In this document: positions 9,758-18,861 of the stretch, in pieces
How the letters are laid out: each line of letters opens with the position of its first letter
Position numbering within the stretch: the stretch's first letter is position 1
Assembly (NCBI GenBank): GCA_963786105.1
Contig: CAWAXX010000014.1
Location: forward strand, 241,482-305,481
DNA: 64,000 nucleotides
Origin: Vulcanimicrobiota bacterium
GTDB lineage: Bacteria; Vulcanimicrobiota; Vulcanimicrobiia; Vulcanimicrobiales; Vulcanimicrobiaceae
Reading direction: 5' to 3'
Made by a program: the position numbers and the translations under genes
Notes under the pieces: generated by a model
What the model saw: the letters and a program-made list of their open reading frames with translations, nothing else
The model's database searches: none
Told to the model about the DNA's origin: nothing

Positions 9758-10987
9758 TTACGGTCCGCGCTCAGGCGTGTGGATGTGCTCCGGGCGTACT
9801 CCGAGTCCCAGCAAAAGCGCCGGAAAGCGCCGAAGATACGGGAACTCTTCGAGCAGGCGCATTGCCAGCGGCGGGCGGTCGACGTCGACGCCCTGTAAAA
9901 TTGGATCGATCGCGCGGTTCTGTATGAAAACCTGAAAGGCTTGCGTAACCTGCGTTGGAAACGCGCGGCGCTCTTGCACGGTGGAGAGAACGGTGTCGGT
10001 CACGTTGCCATCGCGCAGAGGTTCCACGAGCCGGTTGGCAGCGGCAACCGCATCTTGGATCGCGAGGTTGATTCCGACGCCGCCGATCGGCGACATGGCG
10101 TGTGCCGAGTCTCCGATGCAGAGCACCCCCGGACGATGCCACTGCCGCAACCGGTCGACCCGGACTTCGAGCAACGACACTTTCGACCAATCGTCGATTT
10201 CTTCGACGCGGCCGCGGAGCGCTGGAATGGTCTGGACGAGCTGGTCCTGCAGCGCTGCCAGTCCGGCGTCCTTGAGCTTCTGGAACGATCCTTTCGGAAT
10301 GATGTACGCGCACTGCCAATATGCGTCTCGGTCGATCAAGATGACGATGTGGCCGTCGTTCATGGTTCCCAGCGCCTGGGGTGGATCGCCGGTGCGCTTC
10401 GAAATGCGCATCCACAGCACGTCCATTGGAGCGCCGAGGTTTTCGACGTCGAATCCGGCGACCCGGCGAACGGTCGAGTGGCGGCCGTCGGTTCCAACCA
10501 CCAGTTCGGCCACGATGGCGATCTCGCCGGACTTGGTGGCTGCCCGCACGCCGGTAACGCGCCCCCCGTTTTCAATGAGATCGATCCCTTCGGTCTCCAT
10601 CATGAGATGGAACCCGGCGTACCGGCGGCTCTGCTCGGCTAGGAAGTTCAGAAAGTCCCATTGGGGCATGAACGCGATGAACTTGCAGCGCGTCGGCAGT
10701 TGCGAAAAGTCGGCGAGGTGGACGAACTCCCCGGCCACGGTTCCGCCGATTTCGCGCATCTCGTTGTGCGGCAAAGCCAGAAAATCGTGCAGCCAGCCGA
10801 GTTCGTCGAGCAGCTGTAGGGTAGACGGGTGGATGGTATCGCCGCGAAAGTCCCGGAAGAAGTCGGCATATTTTTCCAGCACGACGACGTCGATGCCGGC
10901 GCGCGCCAACAGTGCGCCCAGCATCATGCCGCACGGTCCGCCGCCGACGATGCAGCAGCGCGTCGAGAGTTGATTCGATGGCGTCAT
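9758..10987 (-). CDS. FAD-dependent oxidoreductase/monooxygenase (UbiH-like fold)
   Basis: VGGGPCG, FRDFRGDTIHP, GTDGRHS, IGDSAHAMSPIGGVGINLAIQD. Confidence 0.88.
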   Translation of the reverse strand: MTPSNQLSTRCCIVGGGPCGMMLGALLARAGIDVVVLEKYADFFRDFRGDTIHPSTLQLLDELGWLHDFLALPHNEMREIGGTVAGEFVHLADFSQLPTRCKFIAFMPQWDFLNFLAEQSRRYAGFHLMMETEGIDLIENGGRVTGVRAATKSGEIAIVAELVVGTDGRHSTVRRVAGFDVENLGAPMDVLWMRISKRTGDPPQALGTMNDGHIVILIDRDAYWQCAYIIPKGSFQKLKDAGLAALQDQLVQTIPALRGRVEEIDDWSKVSLLEVRVDRLRQWHRPGVLCIGDSAHAMSPIGGVGINLAIQDAVAAANRLVEPLRDGNVTDTVLSTVQERRAFPTQVTQAFQVFIQNRAIDPILQGVDVDRPPLAMRLLEEFPYLRRFPALLLGLGVRPEHIHTPERGP

Positions 10988-11079
10988 GGGACGAAAGAAC
11001 GTTCCGGCCCCGGGTCTCGCGCCCTTCAGATCGCTCGCCGCTGCGGGACCGCGTTCGCAGAGAAAGTAATAGGCAACGA

Positions 11080-11646
11080 ATGCAATGGGAAGCCGTAACC
11101 GCCCTCGGTACCGCGCTTACCGCGCTCGTCATTCTCGTGTCGGCAATTTACGCCGCGCGCCAAGTCAGGGTAGCGGCGCGCGCGACCCAGCTCGATGCGA
11201 TGTTGCGCATACTCGAACGGTATCGCGACGCGGAGTTTCGGATGGCGAGCAACTTCGTGATGCACGAGCTTCCGAAGCGAATTCACGATCCCGATTTCCG
11301 CGACGACGTAGCGCGGGCGGCGGCGGCAGGGGATAAGCCTTGGCATGTGGTCTTGCGACTGCTCAACGAGACGGGCGTTTACGTCGAGCTCGGGCTGCTC
11401 GAAGGCCCGCCGATCTACTATCTGATGGGCGACACCCTCGTGTTGCTTTGGGAAGCGCTGGCACCCGTCATCGAGATCGAACGGACGGCGCTCGACGATC
11501 CGCACCGTTGGACGAATACCGAAGAGCTGTGCGCTGACGCCTTCGAGCGCGTCCGCGCGTACTACCTGCGCAACCCGAAGCCGCGTCCTAGTTCGGCCGA
11601 GCCCTTCACGATCGACTCGTTGATTTCGCGAGTGCGCGGCGAATGA
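11080..11646 (+). CDS. Hypothetical membrane-anchored protein (DUF4760-like)
   Basis: MQWEAVTALGTALTALVILVSAIYAARQVR N-terminal TM followed by a helical domain; start trimmed to ATG 11080. Confidence 0.6.
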   Translation: MQWEAVTALGTALTALVILVSAIYAARQVRVAARATQLDAMLRILERYRDAEFRMASNFVMHELPKRIHDPDFRDDVARAAAAGDKPWHVVLRLLNETGVYVELGLLEGPPIYYLMGDTLVLLWEALAPVIEIERTALDDPHRWTNTEELCADAFERVRAYYLRNPKPRPSSAEPFTIDSLISRVRGE

Positions 11647-12379
11647 AATCGTCGGCGGCGTCGCTCCACGGACGCTTGAAGTCATCCGGCCAGAGCGTTT
11701 GGTCGGACCATAGCCTGTCGAGTCCTTCGGAGATCTCGGCGTCGTCTCGGGTAAACTGGCCGATCAACCGGCGCCAACGGGCTGCCAGAGCTTGGCTGCC
11801 CGTATCGTGCGGGTCGTCGCCGCGGGAAGCTGCGGTTTCGACCTCGGCGATCAGCGACGTCCAATCGCGCTCCCCGCGCCGGACGACGTCGAGCGGAGTG
11901 CTCTCGCGCATCTCGTCGAGTTTGGCTCGCGCCTGGGGCGAATAGTAACGTTCCGTCCAGCGATAGTCGTCTTCCATGCGAAACACCTCAATGACGTTGC
12001 GAATAATCTGCCAACGGTCGCCGTTCGCGTTTGCGTCGAGTTCGCGCGCGGCTTGGTCGAGCGCGCGCGCGGCGCATTCGAGGCGGCGCTGTTGGCGTCC
12101 TACGATTTGCCGCTGCATCCGCACGGCGGCGCTCAACGGCTGCTGCGAGCCGCTCAGGAGCTTCTCGATTTGGTCGAGATCGAATCCGACGAAGCGCAAC
12201 GCGAGAATCTGTTCCACGCGCTCGAGCTCGGCTTCGCCGTACAGGCGGTAGCCGGCCGGCGTGCGGGCCGCAGGTCGGAGCACCCCGCGTCGGTCGTAAA
12301 AATGCAGCGTCCGCACCGTCACGCCCGCCTGGGCGGCGAACTCTTTGGCTTGATAAAGTTTCTCGGTCACGATTTCCAT
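11606..12379 (-). CDS. MerR-family regulator with TipAS-like antibiotic-recognition domain
   Basis: GVTVRTLHFYDRRGVLRP..RTPAGYRLY HTH; C-terminal DPHDTGSQALAARWRRLIGQFT typical of TipAS; GAGGA RBS. Confidence 0.88.
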   Translation of the reverse strand: MEIVTEKLYQAKEFAAQAGVTVRTLHFYDRRGVLRPAARTPAGYRLYGEAELERVEQILALRFVGFDLDQIEKLLSGSQQPLSAAVRMQRQIVGRQQRRLECAARALDQAARELDANANGDRWQIIRNVIEVFRMEDDYRWTERYYSPQARAKLDEMRESTPLDVVRRGERDWTSLIAEVETAASRGDDPHDTGSQALAARWRRLIGQFTRDDAEISEGLDRLWSDQTLWPDDFKRPWSDAADDFIRRALAKSTSRS

Positions 12380-12400
12380 GGCGGTTCCTCGTCGGCTACC

Positions 12401-12431
12401 AGGCTACGGTATGACGCAGCGTGAGGGTCAA
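12401..12431 (-). promoter_or_regulatory. MerR-type promoter/operator: TTGACC-19 bp-TAGCCT with dyad in the spacer
   Basis: Minus strand TTGACC CTCACGCTGCGTCATACCG TAGCCT; spacer is exactly 19 nt; imperfect dyad TCACGC-T-GCGTCA. Confidence 0.8.
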
Positions 12432-12494
12432 GGCCGCGCGCGCTTTCAGCAGCCTCTGAAGACTTTTTGAGGGCGCGGGCGGTACGCTCGAGCC

Positions 12495-13394
12495 ATGGAA
12501 AGCTTTTCCGCCGGCCTACGGCGCGCGTTCGTCAGCGACGGAATGCTGCGCCCCATCTGGCGCGCGCTGCTGTATTTCGGAGCCGGCAGTTGGATACTGT
12601 TTCCGATATTCGATCGCCTGTGGGCCGGGATGGCGACGGTACTGCACCTCGGCACGGAACTGTCGGCGGCGACGACCGCGTTTTACGAGCTCGAGCTGCT
12701 GGCCGTTGCGGCGATCGTGACGGGACTGCTCGCGCGCTACGAAGGGCGGCGTATCGACGACTACGGCCTGCCGGTCGCCAAGGCGTTCGGGCCGCTGTTT
12801 TGGGAGGGCTTGGCCCTCGGCCTGGTGTGGGCGGGCTTGGACGCGCTCGGCATGATCGGCTTGGGCGGCATGAAAATTGCCGGCCTCGCGTTGCACGGTG
12901 CGACCCTCGTTTTCGCGACGCTGGGTTGGGCGGGCGCGAATCTCATCGTCGGCATCTCCGAAGAGTTGTGGTACCGAGCCTATTTCTTGCAGACGCTCTG
13001 GAAGAGTCTGGGCTTCTGGCCGGCGGCTATCGCGATCTCGTTGATCTTTACATCGGACCATTACTTTTTCAAAACCGGCGAAAACCTTTACGACGTCGTG
13101 AGCTTGATGGGCTTTGGCGTCTTTGCGTGCTATACGGTTCTACGAACCGGCTCGCTATGGTTTGCGGTCGGGGCGCACGCGGCGTTTGACTTCATGCAGC
13201 TCTTTGTAATCGGAACGCCGAACGGAAGCTTGATTCCCGTCAATCACCTACTCAACGTTTCCTTTTCGGGTCCCGCGTGGCTCACCGGCGGCCAACTGGG
13301 GACGGAAGCGAGCGTGCTGCAATATCCGACGACGCTGCTGGTGTTTTTGTACGTATGGCGGCGCTTTCGGAGCCCGGAAGAAGCTCGCGTTTGA
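12495..13394 (+). CDS. CPBP-family (CAAX protease/Abi) intramembrane glutamic endopeptidase
   Basis: SEELWYRAY, FTSDH, TGSLWFAVGAHAAFD, GTEAS motifs; multiple TM helices. Confidence 0.85.
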   Translation: MESFSAGLRRAFVSDGMLRPIWRALLYFGAGSWILFPIFDRLWAGMATVLHLGTELSAATTAFYELELLAVAAIVTGLLARYEGRRIDDYGLPVAKAFGPLFWEGLALGLVWAGLDALGMIGLGGMKIAGLALHGATLVFATLGWAGANLIVGISEELWYRAYFLQTLWKSLGFWPAAIAISLIFTSDHYFFKTGENLYDVVSLMGFGVFACYTVLRTGSLWFAVGAHAAFDFMQLFVIGTPNGSLIPVNHLLNVSFSGPAWLTGGQLGTEASVLQYPTTLLVFLYVWRRFRSPEEARV

Positions 13395-13412
13395 GCTGTC
13401 GCGAGCGGCTCC

Positions 13413-15890
13413 TCAGCCGACGACCAAATTCAACAGCTTGTCGGGGACGAATATCCGTTTGCGCAGTTGCTTGCCGTCCAACTGCCCGCGCACGTTTGCC
13501 TCGTTCATCGCGAGGTCGAAAGCTTGCTCTTCGGTCAATCCCGGCCGTACCGCGATGCGGGCGCGAATCTTGCCGTTTACCTGCACGACGAGCGTCAGCT
13601 CGTCGACGGCCAGCGCGCGTTCGTCCGGTTCCAAATATCGCTCCAGATGCACGGACGTCACGTGACCGAAGCGCTCCCACAGCTCGTCGGCGATGTGCGG
13701 CGCGAACGGCGCGATTAACAACGGTAAGACCGCGGCCGCGTAGCGGGTCGCCGGCGATTCCGGAATCTGCTGCACCGCCTGCGTGAGGGCGTTGACCAAC
13801 TCGTCGAGCTTGGCGATGGTAGCGTTATAGTGAAAGCGTCGCGAGATCGTTTCTTCGATCGCCGATTTGGCCGCGATCGCAACGGCTCGCACGAGCCCTT
13901 TTTCCTGTGCGCTTTCGACGGGGGGTACGTTGCGGATCGAAACGCTGCAGGCGCTTTCGAAGAACGGTTCGCATGCCCGCCACACGCGCTTGAGGAATCG
14001 CACCCGGCCGCTGATGCCTTCGTCGGTCCAGTCGCTGGTGTCCTCGGGCGGCGTGACGTAGAGAAGAAAAAGACGCATGGCGTCGACGCCTCGCGTTTCG
14101 GCGGTTTCGTCGATGCCCACAACGTTACCGTGCGACTTCGACATCTTCTGGCCGCGTAAGAGCACCATCCCTTGGTGAAAGAGCCGCTCGAACGGCTCGT
14201 CGCGTCCGGTTACCCACCCGCGATCGTGAAAAAACTTGTAGAAGAAGCGCGAGTACAGCAGATGCAGCACCGCATGCTCGGCGCCGCCGACGTATTGGTC
14301 GACGTTCATCCAGGCAGCGACGTCGGCGGGTTCCCACGGTGCGCGGTCGTCATGAGGGTCGATGTAGCGCAAGTAATACCACGAGGATTCGAAAAAGGTA
14401 TCCATCGTGTCGCTCTCGCGACGCGCGGGAGCGCCGCATTTCGGGCAAGCGGTCTCGACGAAGGATGAAATCTGCGCGAGCGGCGATCCCTCGCCGGAGA
14501 ACGTCACGCCGAGTGGCAGCACCACCGGCAACTGATCGTCGGGAACCGGGACCTCGCCGCAGGTCGCGCAATACACGATCGGAATCGGCGTGCCCCAGTA
14601 GCGCTGTCGAGAAACGAGCCAATCGCGCAAGCGCGTCGTTACCGTTCTTTTTCCGACGCCGAGCGCGGCTAACCGACCGGCGATGGCTTCGCGCGCGCCG
14701 GCGCTCGACATGCCGCTGAAATCGCCGCTCGCAATGAGGCGTCCGTCTTCGACGTACGGATCGTCGAGCGAGACGTCCGCTTCGCGCTGAGGATCGACGA
14801 CGACGCGCACGATCGGCAGCCCATTTTTCACTGCGAAGTCGAAGTCGCGCTCGTCGTGCGCAGGCACGCCCATCAGCGCTCCGGTGCCGTATTCCGCCAG
14901 CACGTAGTTGGTAACCCAAATCGGAACGCGCTCGCCGGAAAGCGGATTGATCGCGTAGGCACCGGTGAAGAGCCCGAGCTTCTCCATCAGGCTGGTTCGC
15001 TCGAGTTCGGACTTCGAGCGAAGGCTGTCCGCAAACGCCGCAACGGCGGCGGCATCGTCTTTCGACACGATTGCTCCGATCCGTTTCACGAGCGGATGCT
15101 CCGCGGCAATCGCCAAAAACGTCGCACCGTAAACGGTATCGACGCGCGTCGTAAACACGTCGACCGCCGCGTCCAGCTCCTCGATGCGGAATTCGAGCTG
15201 GACGCCTTCGCTTCGGCCGATCCAGTTGCGCTGCATCGCCAACGTGCGCTCGGGCCAACCGTCGAGTTTGTCGAGGTCGTCGAGTAGACGCTCCGCATAG
15301 GCGGTAATCCTCAGAAACCACTGCGAGAGATTGCGGCGTTCCACCAAATGCTGACAGCGCCAGCAGCGTCCGTCGATCACCTGCTCGTTTGCGAGCACCG
15401 TCTTATCGTGCGGGCACCAATTTACCGGCGCTTCGCGCTTGTAGGCCAGGCCGTGCTCGTATAAACGTAAGAACAGCCACTGATTCCATCGATAGTATTC
15501 GGGTTGGCACGTGGCGATTTCACGCGTCCAATCGTAGCTCGTGCCCATGAGACGCACTTGCCGCTTCATGTTCGAGATGTTCTCGGCCGTCCAGATTGCC
15601 GGGTCGATGCCGCGTGCGATCGCCGCGTTTTCGGCGGGAAGCCCGAACGCGTCCCATCCCATCGGATGGAGTACGTTGTGTCCCAGCATACGCATCATGC
15701 GCGCGATCGCGTCGCCGAGCGCGTAGTTCTTGGCGTGTCCGACGTGGAGGTCGCCCGAAGGATACGGAAGCATCTCGCACACGTAATATTTCGGGCGCGC
15801 GCCGTCGAGCACCGCGCGAAAAATACCGTCGCGTTCCCAGCGATCTTGCCATTTGCGTTCGATAGATCTGAAATCGTAGGCCTCGGCCAT
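13413..15890 (-). CDS. leuS: Leucine--tRNA ligase
   Basis: [13 protein letters not shown] (HIGH), [34 protein letters not shown]; start MAEAY at 15890 (alternative 15899). Confidence 0.97.
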   Translation of the reverse strand: MAEAYDFRSIERKWQDRWERDGIFRAVLDGARPKYYVCEMLPYPSGDLHVGHAKNYALGDAIARMMRMLGHNVLHPMGWDAFGLPAENAAIARGIDPAIWTAENISNMKRQVRLMGTSYDWTREIATCQPEYYRWNQWLFLRLYEHGLAYKREAPVNWCPHDKTVLANEQVIDGRCWRCQHLVERRNLSQWFLRITAYAERLLDDLDKLDGWPERTLAMQRNWIGRSEGVQLEFRIEELDAAVDVFTTRVDTVYGATFLAIAAEHPLVKRIGAIVSKDDAAAVAAFADSLRSKSELERTSLMEKLGLFTGAYAINPLSGERVPIWVTNYVLAEYGTGALMGVPAHDERDFDFAVKNGLPIVRVVVDPQREADVSLDDPYVEDGRLIASGDFSGMSSAGAREAIAGRLAALGVGKRTVTTRLRDWLVSRQRYWGTPIPIVYCATCGEVPVPDDQLPVVLPLGVTFSGEGSPLAQISSFVETACPKCGAPARRESDTMDTFFESSWYYLRYIDPHDDRAPWEPADVAAWMNVDQYVGGAEHAVLHLLYSRFFYKFFHDRGWVTGRDEPFERLFHQGMVLLRGQKMSKSHGNVVGIDETAETRGVDAMRLFLLYVTPPEDTSDWTDEGISGRVRFLKRVWRACEPFFESACSVSIRNVPPVESAQEKGLVRAVAIAAKSAIEETISRRFHYNATIAKLDELVNALTQAVQQIPESPATRYAAAVLPLLIAPFAPHIADELWERFGHVTSVHLERYLEPDERALAVDELTLVVQVNGKIRARIAVRPGLTEEQAFDLAMNEANVRGQLDGKQLRKRIFVPDKLLNLVVG

Positions 15891-15961
15891 AGCCTGCATG
15901 GTACACGCTCCGCTTCGTCGACGCTACCTTTCCGGTCGGAACGCGCGCGTGATGGAGGCGT

Positions 15962-16612
15962 ATGACCGCACGCATCGGGCTTCTCTTGGGCGCGCTCGTC
16001 TTGGCGGGCGTTGCGCTTTGGCATCCGGCGCCTCGACCCGCGTTCCAAGCGAACGCGCTTGCGACGTTTCCCGCGAGGACGGCAGACGTCGCGCAGCGAC
16101 GGCAGGATCGCAACGAACGGGCGCGTGCCGGCACGGCCGATTCGGTCGTTTACGTGGCTGGAGCGGTACACCACCCCGGGCTCTATCACATTCGATCCGG
16201 CGATCGGGCAGCCGATGCGGTCGCCCAGGCGGGGGGTCTTACCGTCGATGCCGACGCCGGCGGCGTCAATCTGGCGGCGCATGCCTCCGACGGCGATGAA
16301 GTGTACGTTCCAGTCGCCGGCGAGGGTGCAACGCATCGTAGCTCCGCGTTCGGCGTAGGCCGCCGCACGCGGTCGCATCGCCGAGGTGGAGAACGGGCGA
16401 AAGCGCCGCCTGCTCCAGCAAGCGTCGACGTCAACCTCGCCGACGCGACCGTTTTAGCGACCGTGCCGGGAATAGGAAAATCGATCGGCGCGCGCATCGT
16501 CGAGATGCGTTCGCTCGACGGATCTTTTCGTTCGCTCGACGAGCTGCTCGACGTGGGCGGAATGACGCAAACGCGATTGGAACGCGCGAGACCGTTCCTT
16601 CGTCCACCTTAG
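15962..16612 (+). CDS. comEA: Competence protein ComEA (SLBB + helix-hairpin-helix)
   Basis: N-terminal TM, VVYVAGAVHHPGLY SLBB, VDVNLAD..LATVPGIG HhH; GGAGG RBS. Confidence 0.88.
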   Translation: MTARIGLLLGALVLAGVALWHPAPRPAFQANALATFPARTADVAQRRQDRNERARAGTADSVVYVAGAVHHPGLYHIRSGDRAADAVAQAGGLTVDADAGGVNLAAHASDGDEVYVPVAGEGATHRSSAFGVGRRTRSHRRGGERAKAPPAPASVDVNLADATVLATVPGIGKSIGARIVEMRSLDGSFRSLDELLDVGGMTQTRLERARPFLRPP

Positions 16613-16667
16613 ATCGCGCGGTAACGACACCGGAGGGGCCGTCGGGGGTCAGGCGAAGGCTCCCTGA

Positions 16668-18464
16668 ATGGAGCTTCCCGCGAAAGAAACGCTCCCGCAA
16701 CTGATTCGCCGCGCGCTCGCGCCGCCGCGCGACTGGGCGGTTAGCGAGCGCGTCAACGGCGTTTGGACCGCGATCTCGAGTGCGAGGCTCCTCGAACGCG
16801 TCGAGCACGCCGCATGCGCCATTCGCGATGCCGGTCTGGCGCCCGGCGATCGAATTGCGTTGGTGGCTCACGACTGCGTCGATTGGATCGTCAGCGACTT
16901 TGCAGCGCTCTTTGCGGGCTGCGTCGTCGTTCCGATCTACCCGACCCAAGCGCTCGATCACACGGTTTACATCTTAGAGCATTCGGGTTCGAAGCTGATC
17001 TTCGCAGACTCGAGCGCGACGCTCGCGCGCGTGCGCGAGAGCGGCGCCAACGTTCCGCGGGCGGTGGTCTTCGATTCTCGCGGCGACGACGGCATGGCGT
17101 CGTTCGAGGCTCGTGGCGCGGCGGTGCGCGCGGCCCGGCCCGAGGTTCCCGCCGCCTACGAAGCGACGCTGCACCCCGATGATCTGGCCGTGCTGATCTA
17201 TACCTCCGGCACGACCGGCAGTCCCAAAGGCGTGATGCTCTCTCACGACAACGTCGCATTCGATGCGCAGTCGGCGCTGAAGTGCGGACTCGACGGTCTA
17301 GCCGAAGGCAACGCCGTGCTCTCGGTCCTGCCGTACTCGCACATTTACGAGCACACGATGGTCTACATTTACTTGCTGGCGCGGGTTCGCTATTCCATCT
17401 GTCACGACGCGGGCGAGCTGTTGGCAGATATGCGCGACGTGCGTCCTATGGTTATGACCTCGGTGCCGCGCATTTTCGATCGGGTACTCGCCGGCGTCAA
17501 AGGGCAGGCCATGAAAGCCGGAGGCCTGCAAGCCAAACTCGTGCCGTGGGCGCTTGGAGCCGGGCGCAGATACATGCGCGCAAAGACGTTTGGAGGGCGC
17601 CCGTCGCGGGCGCTTGCCGCCCAGTACGCGATTGCGAATAAGGTCGTCCTGCGCAAGGTGCGCGAGCGGCTCGGTCTCGACCGCGTGCGGTTCTTCGTCA
17701 GCGGTAGTGCGGCGCTGCACGTCGATACGGCGATGACGTTCCTTGGAATGGGCGTTCCGATCATGCAAGGGTACGGGCTCACCGAAACGTCGCCGGTTAT
17801 TACCGCGAGCCGGCTATCGGCAAACGAATACGGCGCTGCCGGAAGCCCGATTTCCGGTGTCGAGGTCACAATCGCGCCCGACGGCGAGATCCTCACGCGC
17901 GGACGCCACGTGATGCGCGGCTACTATCGCGACCCCGAGGCTACGGCGGCGGCAGTCGTGGACGGCTGGTTTCACACCGGAGATATCGGCGAAATCGATG
18001 CCGCCGGCTTCTTGCGAATCACCGACCGAAAGCGCGAAGTTTTCAAAACCGATACCGGAAAGTGGATTTCGCCGGCGCGAGTGGAAGGGGCGATAAAACG
18101 CTCCGCCTTCGTGTCGCAAGCAATGGTCGTCGGCAGCGGACGGCCCCATCCAGCCGCCCTCATTTGTCCGAACTGGGATCTCGTGCGCATAGAACTCGCG
18201 TTGCCGGCCGACGCACCTTCGGAGGACTTGGCGCGACGCGACGCCGTGAAAGCGTTCTTGACGGAGCTCGTCGTCAAGCAGACGAAGGAACTCGCGAGCT
18301 TCGAGCAAGTTCGCCGCGTCATCGTCATCCCGCACGAGTTTAGCGTCGAAAGCGGCGAGCTTTCGCCGTCGATGAAGATCAAGCGGCGCGTCGTGGAGGA
18401 GCGCTACGCGCGCGAGATCGACGCTGCGTACGACGTCGACCTTCACGCCCCCGTACCTGCCTGA
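16668..18464 (+). CDS. Long-chain fatty acid--CoA ligase (AMP-binding)
   Basis: IYTSGTTGSPKGV, QGYGLTET, GWFHTGDIG, ITDRKRE, ELSPSMKIKR. Confidence 0.92.
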   Translation: MELPAKETLPQLIRRALAPPRDWAVSERVNGVWTAISSARLLERVEHAACAIRDAGLAPGDRIALVAHDCVDWIVSDFAALFAGCVVVPIYPTQALDHTVYILEHSGSKLIFADSSATLARVRESGANVPRAVVFDSRGDDGMASFEARGAAVRAARPEVPAAYEATLHPDDLAVLIYTSGTTGSPKGVMLSHDNVAFDAQSALKCGLDGLAEGNAVLSVLPYSHIYEHTMVYIYLLARVRYSICHDAGELLADMRDVRPMVMTSVPRIFDRVLAGVKGQAMKAGGLQAKLVPWALGAGRRYMRAKTFGGRPSRALAAQYAIANKVVLRKVRERLGLDRVRFFVSGSAALHVDTAMTFLGMGVPIMQGYGLTETSPVITASRLSANEYGAAGSPISGVEVTIAPDGEILTRGRHVMRGYYRDPEATAAAVVDGWFHTGDIGEIDAAGFLRITDRKREVFKTDTGKWISPARVEGAIKRSAFVSQAMVVGSGRPHPAALICPNWDLVRIELALPADAPSEDLARRDAVKAFLTELVVKQTKELASFEQVRRVIVIPHEFSVESGELSPSMKIKRRVVEERYAREIDAAYDVDLHAPVPA

Positions 18465-18467
18465 TCG

Positions 18468-18770
18468 GTGCCGTTTCTGGCCATCGTCCATTTGCAGCCG
18501 GCAACGTGCTCCCGGTGCGGCGCGCCGGTGGCCGCTCCGGGGGCGCGATCGTTCGTGGTGGACGCGCAGGGATCGCCGGTTTGGTTCGACCCCAGCGATC
18601 CACCGGCCGAGATGACGGTTGAGGTTGCATGCCCCAACGGCCACGCGGTGACGCTGCTGATTCCCAACGAGATCTCCGCCGAAGAGACGCTGATGATTCC
18701 CGACCGGGCGCCGATTGCGGCCGACGCCGTCGTGCGATCCGGCACGACGGAATCGGATAAGCAGCTTTGA
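18468..18770 (+). CDS. Hypothetical small protein, possible Zn-ribbon (CxxC...CxxGH)
   Basis: CSRC and CPNGH pairs; starts 3 nt after the ligase stop. Confidence 0.6.
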   Translation: MPFLAIVHLQPATCSRCGAPVAAPGARSFVVDAQGSPVWFDPSDPPAEMTVEVACPNGHAVTLLIPNEISAEETLMIPDRAPIAADAVVRSGTTESDKQL

Positions 18771-18796
18771 CGAAAATTTGATAGCCGCTTCGCGAG

Positions 18797-18856
18797 ACGC
18801 GGTGGAGGGACGCGCCCGACGACCGATAATGTTTGGGGCGCGTCACGCGGTGGAGG
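18797..18856. repeat. 36-bp hairpin element (9-bp perfect inverted repeats) flanked by 12-bp direct repeats
   Basis: ACGCGGTGGAGG 18797-18808 | GACGCGCCC 18809-18817 ... GGGCGCGTC 18836-18844 | ACGCGGTGGAGG 18845-18856. Confidence 0.65.
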
Positions 18857-18861
18857 TTTCC

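Noticed and set aside
18462..18470. In-frame TGA between the acyl-CoA ligase and the Zn-ribbon ORF as Sec read-through
   Set aside because: The ligase is complete before the TGA, the position is not a Cys-type catalytic site, and I saw no convincing SECIS; same-frame adjacency occurs one time in three by chance
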